From the NCBI GenBank assembly GCA_905331295.1, contig CAJNYD010000036.1, forward strand, positions 62,001 through 126,000: DNA of 64,000 bases, read 5' to 3'. Origin of the DNA: Rotaria socialis (lineage: Eukaryota). A program made the translations under genes and the position numbers. The notes under the pieces were generated by a model. The model searched no databases. It was not told the origin of the DNA and was given only the letters and a program-made list of their open reading frames with translations. This document shows positions 12,901 to 27,491 of this stretch, piece after piece. The stretch's first letter is position 1, and each line of letters opens with the position of its first letter.

Positions 12901-15900
12901 ATCGATTTCATTGTTACGTTGCTTCGTTGATAATTGTTCAGATAGATATTCACATAGTTTTATTAATAGTTTACCACATTGATATTGATCGGAATGCAAT
13001 TCAATTAGTGATAAGCATAAAGATATACTTGGCGATTGATCATAGTGAAAATCATTACGTAGAATCTCATCAGTTGTTGTTGTTCCTGTTAGTTGATGAT
13101 GAACTTGATCATTAATAACAGGTAGTATTGGAATATCATTGATGTCTTGTTTTTGAATGGAGTCAACAGATGTTCGACGATTTAATTTATTTGTTTTTAA
13201 AAATGGACTTGTATTCGTAAAACTTGAACTGAGTATAAAAGTTTGGTCTTCAGCAGCAGTTGGAGTGTTACTAAGTGATGTACCTAATAGAAGTTGATTG
13301 GCAGCTAATTCGGATTGTCGATTATTACTTAAATAAACTTGACTGATAGATTGTCGTTTATAGATACTGATTGGTCTTGCAAGGCTAAAGTTAAAAATTA
13401 ATAAATATATAACCTGATCGAATGCCTAAAATTGTGCGAGCTCTCTGTTTTTTTTCTTTGCCTACTTACAATAATCAAAGAGAAAGAGCTTGTACAATGA
13501 ATATCCAACTGAAATCAGATCTACAGGTCAAACTCTAATGCAAAAAATTTCATAGCTTGTTGCCGGTAGTTATGAATGAAATGAAAAGAAATTGAAATGG
13601 TGTTCTATTTGATTTTTGATGCCTTCGTTAGACTGAAGGAATTTCGAACTATTCGCCATGGTACGATTCAGATGATCACTGAAGCACTATTAAAACTGTC
13701 TAGAGTTCTCCTATTGAATTAAAGAAAACCTGCAAACTATTGCCTATTACCATTATCGAATTATTAAGATTAGAAGCAATCCTGTTTTACTCTCTGTTGA
13801 CTATTGATCTGTTTCAATATCATATTATATCCGATTGTACCACTAGCAGGTATCTTCTAATTCTACTCAAGGGTAAATTATGAAATCATAAATTACTGTC
13901 GGAGATTTTCAAATTTTTTTGTTGAAGCGCTGGTTTCCTGACGAGTATTTATTGCTGGTGTTGGATTATTTTGCATATGTTGATAACAATCTTTACATGT
14001 ACGTTCCAGACGACTTTTAATTATTGTCATTTGCTGTGAACATGCTTTACATACAACACGACCACAACGACGACAATGATGACGACGATTAAACATTGAA
14101 AATTGAGCTTCATTACAACACATACAAATAGCCACTTCGCCGTCGGATATCCACAATTGTCTTGCTGGTATTGCTGCTGGAAGTATGAATTCATTTGATT
14201 GCATGGGTTGTGTTGCTGTTTTTGGTGTTTGTTCATTGGTGTTCGATCGATTAGAAAGTGATGATGATAGATAATCAAAGAATGATGATGACGTTGCTTG
14301 TTGTTGTTGAGCTTTTATTGGAATTGAACTGGACATTACTGGACTATTGTGATAAGATGTCGTTGATACATTTTGATCAGCATCTGTTACGTTTGAAGAT
14401 GTTAAAACAGATTTAGATGACATACGCTGACGTAGGCTATTCAATAAATTATTTGAACCACTACTATTATTTCGACGACCTAATGGCGACGGTTCATGGG
14501 TATTTCTATTTTGACTTGCTTGAGAAGGTGAGATTAGTGATGAACGACGAGTTTCAATTTGCGAAGCAGGAGACGATGCAAGGCCAGATCTAAAGAAGAT
14601 TCAAAAGAAATTAACTTTTTTGCTTCTATGAATATATATCTTTGAACTAGCAACTGAAAAACGATATTTGAAACAGGGTACAACTAGACATAACTGTGTA
14701 TCGCAATTTTAGGATGATTCGATTATGTACTGATTAAATGTTCAAAAAAGAAAACTCATGATTAATGTGTTCTAAACATATGCGGATTGTTCATTAGCAT
14801 AGAGTTATTTGACATCGATTGTTTTTCAAATCTCGATGTTCAATTGAGAAATAAAAACCAAAGTTAGTCGCAAACACCATTTATTATTTGTTATCGGATG
14901 TATCATTTAGCGTTGGACATAAGTATTTCTACGTATAATATTTTCTAGTTTAAATCATTAAAATATTCTGTTTGTTTTAGCGGAGCTAGTCGATCTTTTT
15001 ATTTAATAGTTAAGTGTATAGGATTATCCGATACCAAACGCGAAGAGTTTAAAATATGTTTTTTCTTCGAAATAGGATTCTCACAAGAATATTTTTTACG
15101 AGACACATAATCTACGTTTTTATTCATTGGTAATCACCTATTGCCGTCTATATCAGACTTTCTAGCGATGGCCAACTCACAGATTTTTCGATACTATTTA
15201 AATTAATTCTCTATGCAGTCGTTGTGATACCTATGGAATCTATCGTACACTACGACATTTGTATGATATCAATGTGTATGTCTTTGTGTTTTGACTAAAC
15301 AGTCTTTCAAAATAGTCCGTTAAAATAAAATCTTTATTTTTCTATTTACTTATTTTCAGTAGGTGTTTGTTCTTCATTTAATTGTACCACATTTAATCGT
15401 ACACTTTTTTTTGTATAAAATTCAATAATTTGATCGATTTGTTTGATATTTATAATATTATCTAGGGAATATTTTTTAATTAAAACTTTTAATGTTTCAA
15501 TGCTTAATTTTGCAATATCAATTGAACTATTCATTAACAATTGTTCGAAAATTAACAATGGTTGTCCAACTAATTGTACATATGAATCTGTTTGTTCTAA
15601 TGGTATGCAATTAAAAAATAACGCTAAACCAGTAACTAAAATACATAATTTTGATCTATCATAATCGTCTCGAAACAGTATTGAATTTTCTTCAAAATGT
15701 CCTAACATATATTGTATAAGACGAAATTTAATAAATAATCTTGAAAAAGGTATTGATTTCGTATGTGTAACTAATGCTTTTTTCGATAGATCTTCAATTA
15801 ATTCCGTACATAAACGCCATTTATCATTCGGCTTTTCAATTGTATCGATAATTTGTAAAATCTTATTTCCATTTCCAATATTTTCTTCTTTTAATAACCA

Positions 15901-18900
15901 ATTAATATGTTCTTCAACTAATTTCAATCGTACACAATTAATTACATTTTCATCCACATAATTATTCAATAAAGTTAGCCATTTGTGTCCCATATCAAAT
16001 TGTTTTTCAACAATAAACATCTCAACTACAGCTAGTGGATCACGTTGTGAATGTTCTTCTGCATGTTGCCATGTTAAACATTTTGATGATGTTTTCCTCG
16101 TTGCCATATCTTCAATTGACATATTTAATTGGCCATCGTCTTTGGATATTTTTTCCATACATTTATTAAATTGTGCTAACGCACTAAGACATAACGTTTT
16201 ATAAACATACATTATACTTAAACGCTCTTGTATCCATGGTATATAATCTTGGTGAGTTTTTTTACATGATGTTAAACACAGCTGAAGTAATTGTAAACAT
16301 GTCGGACCATCAAAACGTGGTAAATATGTTAATGTTCCATGAATTAATAAATGACAATCATGAATTTTCCGTACATAATTAAATGCACGATCAGGCTCAG
16401 ATGTTTGTTTAACTAAAGATAATAGAGCAAGATCGCGTAAGATTTGAAAATATGGTGAATGAACAATAAATGACGGTAATAATGAATCGAATAGTTCAAC
16501 AATTTCAGTATATTTAGCATCATTCCATAATAATGAACATAGATAAAGAAGAAGATCATATTGATATGTTAAGTCATTTAAGACAATCGAGCGAAACCAT
16601 TCATCACCGATCGATGATGTTGATTGGATTAACGTTGGCGGTAATAATAGACTTGTAAAATAATTTTTTAATGGAGTATTATCACTTTGAATCGGTTTAT
16701 TGTGAACAATACATTGAACATAAATTTGAAGAATTTGGCCTAATGCAGGAGATTTTTCTTGAACAAATGATATCGTACGAGAATCAATGAGATGACTAGG
16801 CAAATTTGCTGACTGAGGAAGAAAATCAATAGGTGACGATAGTGTTGCAATTGTAGACAATGATGGGAACGAACTTGTACGACGATGACGTCGACCTTGG
16901 TAAGGTTCGAATTGAGATGAACATAAACGATAATCGAAACTTATTGCAAAATCGTTTAGAGAAGGAATCACTTCAGTTCTTATAGTGAGATTTTCTAAAA
17001 AAAAAAAGAAAGCATAACAAATGTTAATAGAAGCGCTTGTATTTTCCAAGATGAAGAACGCAGAACTAGTTTACGACATTGATATTAGAACATAGTTAAA
17101 AAAAAAGATTTTTAGTTTTAGCACTGAGTTCCATTAGTCAACTTTCCTTTTTTCTGTATCCTATTGAAAATGACTATGTTAGTTTAATATCGAGAAGTCT
17201 TTTTTAACTTTCGAATCGAGGTGTGCAACAAAAAGTCTTGATCAGAGTGCAAACTTAAAATTTTGAAATCAAATGTACGAGAATCTGAGCTAATGGTGTT
17301 TCATTGGGATGTGTTCAAGTTTACATCCAATGTTTAGTCGGTATTTCAGACATTTACACTTGAGCGACTTTTTATTCAAAGAACATTTCAAATCTTACCA
17401 TTAATTGCAGATGTGAGATCGCTATTTAATAAATATTCTCGAATAAATTTAATAATTTCGTCTGTGCTTGGATCAAATTGATTGTAAAGAACACTTGGCA
17501 AACGAATCTGTATTGAATTGTCTATCTCTATTTTTTTAATTACGATACATTTCTCAATGAAATCTTTTGTTGAACATTGTAGTTGTTCATTAAGCAATTC
17601 AGGTGTTAAAATAATAAATGGTGATGATGAATAAGTACAATCATTTAATAATAAACCTACTTTGACATTTTGATAATTATTCATTACTGGTGCATATCGA
17701 TAAAATGGCCCTTTTGGATCTAAATCTAATTTAAGACCATCAACGAGTCCATTTTGTTTTAATATGAAATATCGAATATCATATAATGATATTTGTTTAA
17801 GTTGACCAATATCAATGTGTGTTGTTAAAATAAATAAAAGTCGTTCGAGTTCATTACGAAATATAATTGTTGTTGTCATTTGTGTAAGTTTTGTTCGTAT
17901 AAGTTCAACATGAGATATAATTAATAGAAAATTATATAAATTTGTAAAAAAACAAATACGTTCTTCATTAGTCTTTAAACGATCAAGATCAACATATGTT
18001 AACAGTGGTAAAGCCTTGACAATATCATCATAATGATCATATGTAAGTAATTTTTCGATGTCTTCAATTGTCATATGATTATGACCAGTTGTATGAATGA
18101 CTTCTATTTAAATAAAAATGAGTAGATTCAGAAAGTGTGTTGGCTTAAGTTTAGTGATCGAAGTCAATGATTTACTATGAAATGGTTAGTATGTTAAATG
18201 GATCGATTTGTTGTCTTCTAACAGATAATAGAATAGGAAGTGAATTTTTCCATGTAATACAGTTTCTTGCATTCTAATTTTACAGAGAAACTTAGATGAT
18301 CAGATCGATAGAATTCCAGTAGAATACTCGTTTCTTTTTTGCTTCTATTGTAATAGATTATTGCGCAGTCCTATGATATAAACAGTAAAATGTGACTACT
18401 TTGTTAGTCATAACTCAATCGAATTGGCGGAAAAGGCAGAAAAGAAAAACGCCGAAACTGGTAATTGCAGAAGGTGAAAATGCCAAAATGAAAAAGTATA
18501 ATTAATAAAAGTGTCGAAGAAAAACTGCTAGAGGAAAAAGTAGAAAAATTTTGAAAAGGAAAACGTAGAATGAAAAAGATGTTTATAGATAACGAAATTC
18601 TTTTTTGAGTTAGTATTGGTTGTTAGTGGGATAAGTTAAATTCGTTGTCCTCCTCGTCTATAGTCTATACTTGTTCATTGTTAGCGTATACCATATATAT
18701 AAATCAATCTAGCGAAAACAACTAACAAATAATTTTCTTTTCAATCGTTGACAATGGACAGTTAAATATCATTCTTAACGACTAATAAAGATAAACCATT
18801 ACTAGTGTTTAACCAATATAAGTTCACATGCAATAAAATGTCCTCATCAAAAACGTATTGGGCTTGTATTGAACATAGATGCGACGTATATGTGCACACC

Positions 18901-21900
18901 AATTTAGAAAATAAATTTTTCTTTTTCTTTAAAATTATCAAAAAACTCAATTTTCGACATTTTCCTTTTCGACGTTTTCCCTTTCTGTCTTTTCCACCAA
19001 ACCCTAAACTCATTGAATCATTAATATTCTTTATGCTAGATCTTTATTCTATATGGATATAATCGGTGATTTCAGTTGCAATTAACTCGACATCAATATT
19101 AACACGTTTATATCTACTCTATTTTCTGTTTCCTAGACAATTGAATAAGATTACGTAATCTACTTTTTATTGTAAATGTCAAGGCTTATTAAAAAAACAA
19201 AATTCAGAAAGCTATTGAATATCGTTCATACGTCTTTAGATAATGTTTAGTATGAATAGAAAAGTATAAGAAATTCTTTTATTAACTTACTTTTAATAGA
19301 ATCTAATAATCTAGCCAATAATGTTCTAACAAATTTTTCTGGATGTTCATTAAAAGAATTCGGTTCATTTTGAAAATCATCTAATTTACTAGCTAGACGT
19401 TTAAGAAATGTTGTTGACCGTCGCAATTGTCTCTTATTATTGCTATTTGACATTGATGGTGATGGTTGTTGTGTCTGATATTGTTGACAATATGAAAAAA
19501 TATCTAATGGCTGTTGTTGTAACAATGTAGTACGTCTGTTTGCAGCTAATGATGATGTTGGCATTGTTTTGTCAACAAACAATGGACGGATTATATTGAG
19601 AGTAACAGCAAGTGATATGTCAATATTTAATTTTGTTGTCATAAATTGTAATTGAGCTAAATCAATATCACTTGATCGTGCGACGATACGATGAATAAGT
19701 GATAATGGTGAATGTTGCAAAAGATCAAAATCGCTTGTTACATCTTGTAATGGAAATTTTTCAAGGAGAATACGAAAATTTTGTAGATACGTATGAAATA
19801 TTGAAAAATAATTTATATAAATAGTCGATGGTACTTTTGTTTGATTGGAAGCATTTCTAATCGACAAATAATTCGTTTAGTAAAGTAGGAAGATTTTCAA
19901 GTTATTGATTTGATTTTGAAAAAAGGAAAGGTCTGAAGTCAATTTAAAAGTTTTTTGAATTGAGAGACCTCTGTTATTTTTCACTGTTTGATTTTAATTG
20001 AAACTGAAACGAAAACATTTTCAGTACTTCCAGTGAAAAATGGGTTAATACGGATTTCTTACTGCTATTTAAAGCGTTCAGACGGAATCAAGCAATCTTT
20101 CTGTTTAGTCTATAAGTGAAAATCAATAACGTTCACATTGACTTTCCACAATATGAAGACTCAAGTTATTGTCATTTCTGTTTATCTTTCATACATACTA
20201 CTGTTTAAATATTCTTGTATAGTTACCTGATATATGTAATTAAATCTAATTTTGTATGCGGATCATTTTCAAAGAATTCTCCAGTCATTTGAACTTGCTT
20301 TTCTATTGATATTCGATTTTGTTCGTTCGAATAGTATTGTCGACAATGTTCATCCAGTCTCTTATAATATTGAATAGTTTTTGTTGCTTTTGGCCCATCC
20401 AATGGTATTGTAACATCAAGTAATAAATCATAAAATGAACTATTGGATGAATTAGCTAAATTAATATAATTATTTATCATTTCATTCAAAGTTTTTATTC
20501 TTGTTGTTGAATTTTTATTATTTGTTGTATTATTTGATGAAAATACTGAACGTGGAATAGGTAAACGAAGTTGAGCTAAGTCAAGTAATGTTTTACTTAT
20601 TGTAATTGTTGGTGCATTTATTGCTAAATCAAATAATGTTAAAGATACGAAATGTTCATGATCAAAATAGTTTGACGTTGGTAACGTTGATGAAACATCT
20701 GACGATTGAGCAGCTTCTAACAATGGACCTATATCATTTTGTACTGATGTGTTATCAAGAGCTGATGATGCTAAGGTAGCCAAACCAGCTAAAACCGATT
20801 TTGAACATGAATTATCAATTGTAGAACCAGATGATGAATAGGAATTAGATAATTTATTAATTGTATCACGAAATAATTTACTAAATTTTGCTTCAACAGC
20901 AAGTGGATGATGTTCCATACTGAATAACTACAAAAAGAAAGACGATAGTATAAAATTCAATAGTCAGTTGCTTGTGCAGAGAACTTACTCGAATAACTTC
21001 ATTGGCTTCAGTAATTTTTCCTTCTTTTAAACAGATAGCTAATAAATTATCACGACTAGAAAGAATTTGTGATACTAGTGCTGATTTTTTGTTATTTGGA
21101 GTATGCGTTGATACTGATGATGTAACACTAAATAAATCATTTATAAAATATGTGCCCTTCTACACAAAACATGTTCTTTTGTGTTTACCTAGATACGCTG
21201 CTGTCGGAATGACGTGATCGTCGTCTCTTTCGGCGGGCTAGTTTTAAATAAGACGAAAAGCTTTAGCGAGCTGAAAGAATAATTTTTTTTTCTAACTTAC
21301 GAACGGGAAGGATTAAATTTTTTACACTAGAATTGCTCACTAAACTATCATCATTGTCTTGTCCATCAATTTTATTTTCCTGCGATGATGTTCCACTTGT
21401 ATCACTGGTTAATAGTTGATATCTCCATGATGTTTCACTAAGAGTTTTATTTAATTTTCCAGCTCGACTAGTAAATTGTTCACTTGTACTAATTGAACAT
21501 CCTTGAAAATATTTGTCTAATAATGTTTCAAAAGTCACTGTATAACGATCTTCTGCTTTATCTTTTATTTTTTGATGAAGTGTACGAACGTCGGACAGTT
21601 GATCTCGAAGAAAGGACAATAATTTATGAAGCACTTGCTGATCAATTAATAAGCCAGTACGATTTAATGAATGAAGATGCGATGCACCAACTGAACTCAT
21701 TGAGCTACTGCATACAGATACATTATCATCTGTGTTTTCATCAAAATTATTACGAAATCTTCTAGCTGATAGTTGAGTTCTAATACTAACATTGCTTGAT
21801 GCATGAAAACTATCATTGGTTAGATTACTTCGTATCGATGAAAATAAATTCTCTGATGGTGATAGAGATGATGATGCTGCGTTTACGGATCGCTCAATCA

Positions 21901-24900
21901 CTTCAACTGTATCACCAACTTTTAATTCTCTTTGTTGAAGAAAAATAAGTGAAAAAATATTTTCTAGTAATTCAAGACGAAAACGTAACGGAAAGATTTT
22001 GGTTAAATGAGTACGTGCAGTAGCAAATAAATCATTATCTGGTTGATTATTATTATTATTGCTACTATCAACAGGCGATAGAATACATTCAACAACACTA
22101 TTGATTGAAAGATAACCAAGAAATATCATACAAGCAGCTTCTCGAGGTAATGGAATATCACGTTTTGGATCATCTTCAAAACGAACTGCTAAAAGAAATA
22201 GTTAACATTGAGATTTATATAAGCGCATAGATATAAAGTAGGAGTCAAAGAATTTGTAATTTCAATCGGATCTTCTAGTTCAACTATGGACCTTGAAAAT
22301 ATTTTTAAATGTAATTCAACGTACATGTTAAAATGTTTTGTTTTTGAACTATCGAGACTTTAAAAAAGATTTTCTTTTGTATAACGTATCTATATTTAAT
22401 TCGGTGATGAACTATAGATGGCTGACAAAGAAACCTACTCAACTTTTTCATCGCTATACAATTGATTGTTTTCCAATGGATGCTAGATTTTATTACAATA
22501 CTAGTCATTATGTTTAGACAAAAAGAAATAAGTGAAAATGGAGAGTGTTGTTCATTGATATACTTGGGCTCAAATATTTCGATGATGTGCATAATCCCTA
22601 TTTAAAATCGAAAAGAAAAGTCAACGTAATCGATTTTGGATATCACTACTGAAATTATACAACTAAAGTATTACTTCAAATTAAGTCAGCTTTCCGTAGA
22701 AAGAGTTAGTTGAAAGATACAGATGAAAACTCATGCATATACATGGCAATGCGCTCCTATTCGTATTCATTTTAACATTTCGACATATTTCAGAATAAAT
22801 CTAACATGGAATTATTAAATAGAATGTCTCAACAGTCGACTTGAAATTTTCCTTATGCTAAGAATTTTTCAGACTTACACGAATCGTTGAAAGTTTGAAA
22901 CTCATAAAGTTTAAGAAATAGTAAAGCAGGCAAAGGAATTTACTCTTTAAGCAATATTCATATGTTTGTTTATCGAAATATGGTCAATCACTTTAAAAAC
23001 ACCTACGTAGTTTCTTTTGTGTTCGTCGTTCATTGTCATCATCGATATCTACCGATGTTTCTTCTAATTTTTTCAAAATGTCTGCTGAATCAATTGTATC
23101 TATATCCAAATACCGATGCATGAGCGACAGAGGTGAACTTGTATGTAACAGGGCTAGTAAATCCGACATTTTCAGTGAAGCTGATGCACCATCATAATTC
23201 CTTGAAATGAAAAACAAAATTAAGTAATTAAATGAATTTAAACACAGAGCAATAGATTCAATTAATTAAATATTTTAAGCAACTCGAACTTACAGATCAA
23301 TTCTAATAAAGATAAATAAATTAATAAAAATAATATCGTTTTAATTTCAATAAAAAAAACACAGTTATAAATATGTTTGACTTACCGTCGAACATTATAT
23401 AGCCATGTTATAAACTCAGTATGAGATTGAAATAATTTTAAGCATTTACTTAAAAAACAATTTTCAGTTTTCAATCGATTAATCGCATCGTGTAATACAA
23501 TAGCATCATTTATTGTTCGTACGTGTGTCCATGTAAGAAGAAATATATATAGATGTAATGGTGTCAATTGTTCAATATTTAATAATTGATCAAATGATGA
23601 ATAGTCACGATTTTTGACCATTAATACTGAATCATTCTTAATAATAATATTTATTGATAGATTAAGAATAAAAAGTTAACTATGTATTTAACTTACTAAT
23701 ATACATGATATTAAATCTAATTTATTTTCTATTAAATACAAATAGATTTCTTTCCAAAAAAAGCTTTCTTGTTCAAAAGAATTCTTTTTTAAAAAATGTA
23801 TTATGGCTGTATCATTTCCTAATAATTCACGACGATATTCACTTTCTAATTCACTTATAAAACGTGCTAAATCGCCATTGATTAATACAGCACGATATAA
23901 ACATTTTAAATTAAACAATTGTGCATCGTTATTATTTGCTTCAGCTGCATAGATAACAATCTTTTTCAATGTATCACACATTATTTGACGAAAATCATTT
24001 GTATCACACGAATAAAAATGTAATGAAAGAAGTAAATCAACAAGATTTCGTTTTTCTTGTTCATTATTTAAACTTTTTAATTGTTGTAAACATAAGTCAA
24101 GAGCACGTTTATGAATTTGAATTAACCATACATGCATAGATGGCAGTGAAGAATAAAAATAATAACGAATAAGAGCATGAACACGTGAAGTTTCATTTAA
24201 CCATAGATCGACAAGAAAATCAGCCATAGAATCAGTTAGAAGATTTGACGGGATGGAATCAGTATCAGTATGAATTCGATCAAATTCCTTAATTAAATTA
24301 AAATAAAATAAGAACAGAGAATGTACTATTTGAAAGAAGATCATTAGCTATAAGGGATAAGCATTTAGAACGAAATGAATTTTGTTTTAGTACGACAAAC
24401 ATTTAGAGCAGTCGACGGAAAAGAAACCTTTTCTATGCATTTTTTGAATATTTTATACATTCGATCGTCATACAAATAATTTCAAGTTAAAAGAGTATTC
24501 CACAAAAACATGTTTCAAGTTTAATTCGGAGACAATAATCGAATCAAATCTCGATTTTCTTACTGATTTTAGTCTTTGTTATAAAACCAAGATCTTACCT
24601 GAACAACTTGCGCAGTTGGTTGAATATCACCAACAGCCAAGAGAAATTTATACATTGCATCATATTTAAGTGACTCAATTAATGTCTAGAAAGAAAATTT
24701 CGATGTCTGTCGATTAATTTGTTTTGAAATCAAAATATCTCTTACCGCGTCTAAATACTGTTTGATTCGACATTCTTCGACCAAAAGCAAAGCAAAATGA
24801 AATGGTGTCGGTACCGATTTCGATCCCGTACTAAACGAAATTAGAGAAAAAAAAATCTATATTTAATCTAACATTTTTCTCTTGCATTTTTACCAATAAG

Positions 24901-25102
24901 CGGTTGGATTTCGAATAATATCAATCAATAATTCTTCTAAATTTGTATTAAGTTGTAAACGTTTATTAAATAAAATTTGTAGACATATCCGACATAACTC
25001 CCATTGACCGAAATAAACATGATTACAAAAGGCTTGATATAATTGTTCATTATTTCGTGCTTCAGTATCGAAAAATTCATGACGAATTTCTAGCACACTC
25101 AT
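9997..25102 (-). CDS. ZFYVE26: Zinc finger FYVE domain-containing protein 26 (spastizin/SPG15), many exons
   Basis: N-term EQLYQAFCNHVYFGQWELCRICL; PLLIFEQLLMN; FYVE finger WISDGEVAICMCC...FSMFNRRHHCRRCGRVVCKACS...CKDC; LLDDERYQLAMDISTRCNLD; C-term LRAAYLIAIR...VYDICKKWL. Confidence 0.93.
18420..19004 (+). mobile_element. Internally deleted Mutator (MULE) element retaining a FLYWCH-type transposase N-terminal fragment, in a ZFYVE26 intron
   Basis: Degenerate TIRs (TTGGCGGAAAAGGCAGAAAAG.. / ..CTTTCTGTCTTTTCCACCAA) with ~15-bp subrepeats; imperfect TSD TAACTCAAT/TAAACTCAT; internal ISFLTTNKDKPLLVFNQYKFTCNK...TYWACIEHRCDVYVHT. Confidence 0.8.
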
Positions 25103-25213
25103 CGTTATCTAGAAATGATGACAACGAAACGAAAGAAGTCATCAAGAACAAAAGAATAACTGTTGGTAATAATGAGAGAGAAAACGAAACCCAAAGAAAA
25201 TGTGATTTTATTC

Positions 25214-27313
25214 TTAAAATCGTTTAGAACCTATCAGACCACTAAATAGTCCCGTTGATGGTTTTCCAGGTGAATTTTGTGTTGCTGCTCTCTGTCGTTT
25301 TACTTCTTCTATTTCCTAAAATTTAACAAAAAACAAAGGACGCATGCTAATAAAAGCCGACAACAATGACTTCAATCATACGAGTAATTTTTGTTGTCGA
25401 ATTAAAAATGTTTCAATAGGATCTGTTTCTTGATTGTAATGATCAAGTACATCGCGTACATCTTCAACACCACTCGCAGCAATCACTATGACGAAAAAAA
25501 CAGATTATCGATAAATATAAACAAAATAAAAAAGTAACTAACTTCGAAGAAATGAAGCTAAATGAAGTAATTGCCTATCGTCATCGTTACCATCCCATTT
25601 TTTAAAACGATGTAAAGCATTTCGTGGTTGTAATTGATAAGAATTTTCATCCCAATCTAAGAAAATAATTTTTTTCAAATCCCGATTAAGACATGCTAAA
25701 TCCTAAAAAGAATATAATGATTGTTTTATGAAAAAAAGCAAACAAACAAGAATATGTAATTTTACTTTAACATGAGTTCCATTAATAAAACGAGTATTTT
25801 CACGAAATAAACTATACATGATACGATGATCACCATCCATATTTTGTATAACCGATGCAGCACCCTGAAAAATATCACCATTGCAATCTTTGTCATACAG
25901 TTTGTTTTGTAAATAAAGTTTTACGACTTTTCAATACAGAGCTTTTCGAAATGTGAAGACTGCATAAATAATTAATAATGAATGATTTGAACGCGATCGA
26001 TGTCTTGTATAATTCATACTGAGTATCTTTCATATCATCAAAATAAATGAAACTATGATGTTTACCTCATCGTTTTTATCTCAGACATGCCGACCAAATA
26101 GAGGACAAAAAATTGACTTATCTTATCTCGCACTCCATTATAATCTTGCCTTGCCAACTTAATTAAAATATATTCTAATCATCTTTAATAAATAAAAACT
26201 TGAATAACGAACTGTGCTACTGGGAGAAACTATCAAATGAAGGCATGAAATCTATTTATAATAGTATTTAAAAACCGCAAATTTTCTTTTGTATCTCTAA
26301 AACCTTCTGGAAACTATTTCGCGTGTAGATAATCGTTCAGTCCTAGTTGAGATTTTGACAGAAGCATATTATATTTTAATTACACATCAGTTCAAATTGA
26401 TTTGAATATCTCAAAAATACATAACATCGCTTAGCGCAATCAATGAAGTATTGAGAGTTCTTCTTGAAAAAAGATTTTCTCAAAACTATGAATTCTAACT
26501 TTCTTCTTTCGATTATTTAACATTCATCTGAGAAAAAATTTAATTCTTCGTGTTAAAATAATATTCATATTTGTTACATACCCATGGCGTTTCTTTTGTA
26601 TAAATAACAACTTCATAAACTGGATAACCGATTTCTTTTAAAAAATAATCTAATCCAGGTCTTTTTTTATATCTCCATCCAGTATTATAAGCCCATTCAG
26701 GATTTAACAAAACTCCTGACATTTCAATGACTAATGTATATTTTGGTTGATAAGGTGCTGGCAATGGATCAGGTAAAAGTTTATCACTCGTTGGATCTTT
26801 AATTGTTTGCCAATAGTCAATAATTCCTCGAAATGATCGTTTAATATATTGTTTCCATGATGGCAAATCTGAATATTGATCTCTCACAATATTTCCGTCT
26901 TGATCAATTTGAGGCGCGCCCCAAACAAGAATAATATAACCTATGGTTGAAACCAACCATACACCAAGGAAATAGCTGGTATACTTTAACATTCGTACAT
27001 CCCAAGCAGCTTTAGCTTCACGTTCACGTTTTTCTTCGTCGGTTTGATCAGTTGTATATTTTGGATCTGTTGATGTTTTAGAAAATATAAATGGCGTTTT
27101 ATTTTCATTATCACCCATTAATGAAGATAATTTCGCTGATGACGAAGGAGAAGAAGATGAAGCATCATTTGGTGTTTGTTGTTGAAAATATATAGCAGAA
27201 AGCTTGTATGTACGATTATTTATATTCAATGACTGATGTTCAAGCAGTTTTAATGAACGAGGAATAGACCCACATGTCTGACAAAATATTCTTGATCGTA
27301 ATGCAGAAAACAT
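25214..27313 (-). CDS. TIMM50: Mitochondrial import inner membrane translocase subunit TIM50
   Basis: Presequence-like [10 protein letters not shown] segment; [20 protein letters not shown]...[21 protein letters not shown]; short exons encoding [14 protein letters not shown] and [13 protein letters not shown]; ends [12 protein letters not shown]. Confidence 0.95.
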
Positions 27314-27491
27314 TTTTTTTATGTAATCTAAAACCTTCTTCAAGAAAAAAGGTGAATAATCATTCAAACTATCGTCTCATTTTTCTTTATATAATTAAAT
27401 GTGAAAAATAAATCATCAAGACAGACAACGCAAAGAAAAGAAAAAAATGAATGCTTTGAAAGACATTTTGTATCGATGAAAATAAATTTTT

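Noticed and set aside
27314..27367. Upstream in-frame ATG extensions of TIMM50 (27367) and of the FCP1-like ORF (29652)
   Set aside because: The extensions are T-rich, span acceptor-like sequence, and the downstream ATGs give more plausible N-termini.
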